64,000 nt of DNA, from contig NW_024704742.1 of the NCBI RefSeq assembly GCF_018977255.1, forward strand, positions 55,678,001 to 55,742,000, read 5' to 3'. This DNA comes from Callorhinchus milii (taxonomy: Eukaryota). The position numbers and the translations under genes were made by a program. Of this stretch, positions 63,561 to 64,000 are shown piece after piece. A model generated the notes under the pieces. The model searched no databases, had not been told where the DNA came from, and saw only the letters and a list, made by a program, of their open reading frames with translations. Each line of letters starts with the position of its first letter. Within the stretch, counting starts at the first letter, position 1.

Positions 63561-64000
63561 ATCAGTTTTCTCATTCCGTGTCCTGCTAAATCCACCACCT
63601 TGTACCATGACACTTCACACTCAGTGTCCTGATGTACAATTAAGAAACAGTATTGCACAATGTACCTGTTCATTGTTCTTCAGATGGATGACGTTTGTAC
63701 CATCCAAGTTAGAAATGTATGCTTTGTATACTGCACTTTTGACTGGTAATCCAGGCAGCAGGACAGAAAGGATGTGGTGGTGAAAATGAAAAATTTCAGG
63801 TCTATGAAGAACTTGACCATTTTCAGTCCGACTATTATGCTGAAGTTGGAGGGAGAGGAGGTGGAACTTAACAGCAAATAAAACCAGATTAGGAGATGTG
63901 ACAATTATAGCTGGTGATAATTATATGACAGACTGCATTTCTCATCCCAAAGTTTCTACATAGTTTATAGTGAATCAGATTTCTATTGATGTCAGCACAA

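Noticed and set aside
63684..63900. Exon or RT relic (MDDVCTIQ...LEGEEVEL)
   Set aside because: In-frame stops, and the similarity is too weak to assign.

Overview
This is AT-rich, repeat-dense eukaryotic DNA from an intron or intergenic region. It is most likely from a cartilaginous fish, inferred from the mix of L2-clade LINEs with (TTG)n tails, CR1-clade LINEs with a shark-type 3' hairpin, and SacSINE1-like Deu-domain SINEs. I recognise no host protein-coding gene, and the ORFs I can assign are pieces of LINE ORF2, their antisense frames, or SINE/microsatellite translations. The window holds about 15 L2 fragments from at least two subfamilies, about 9 CR1 fragments, many Deu-SINEs and five copies of a tRNA-Ala-headed chimeric SINE in long and short forms. 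The most interesting unexplained items are: (i) an unclassified dispersed repeat in 2-3 copies that keeps a conserved reading frame (664-1494, 39236-39600, possibly ~20005-20200); (ii) a possible PIF/Harbinger transposase fossil; (iii) the modular tRNA-Ala/CORE-like/Deu/L2-tail SINE; (iv) LF-SINE-like relics; (v) a short palindromic element present four times; (vi) a 274-bp direct duplication; (vii) a 20-nt candidate microexon. Boundaries were set by eye and are approximate, and no database searches were run.
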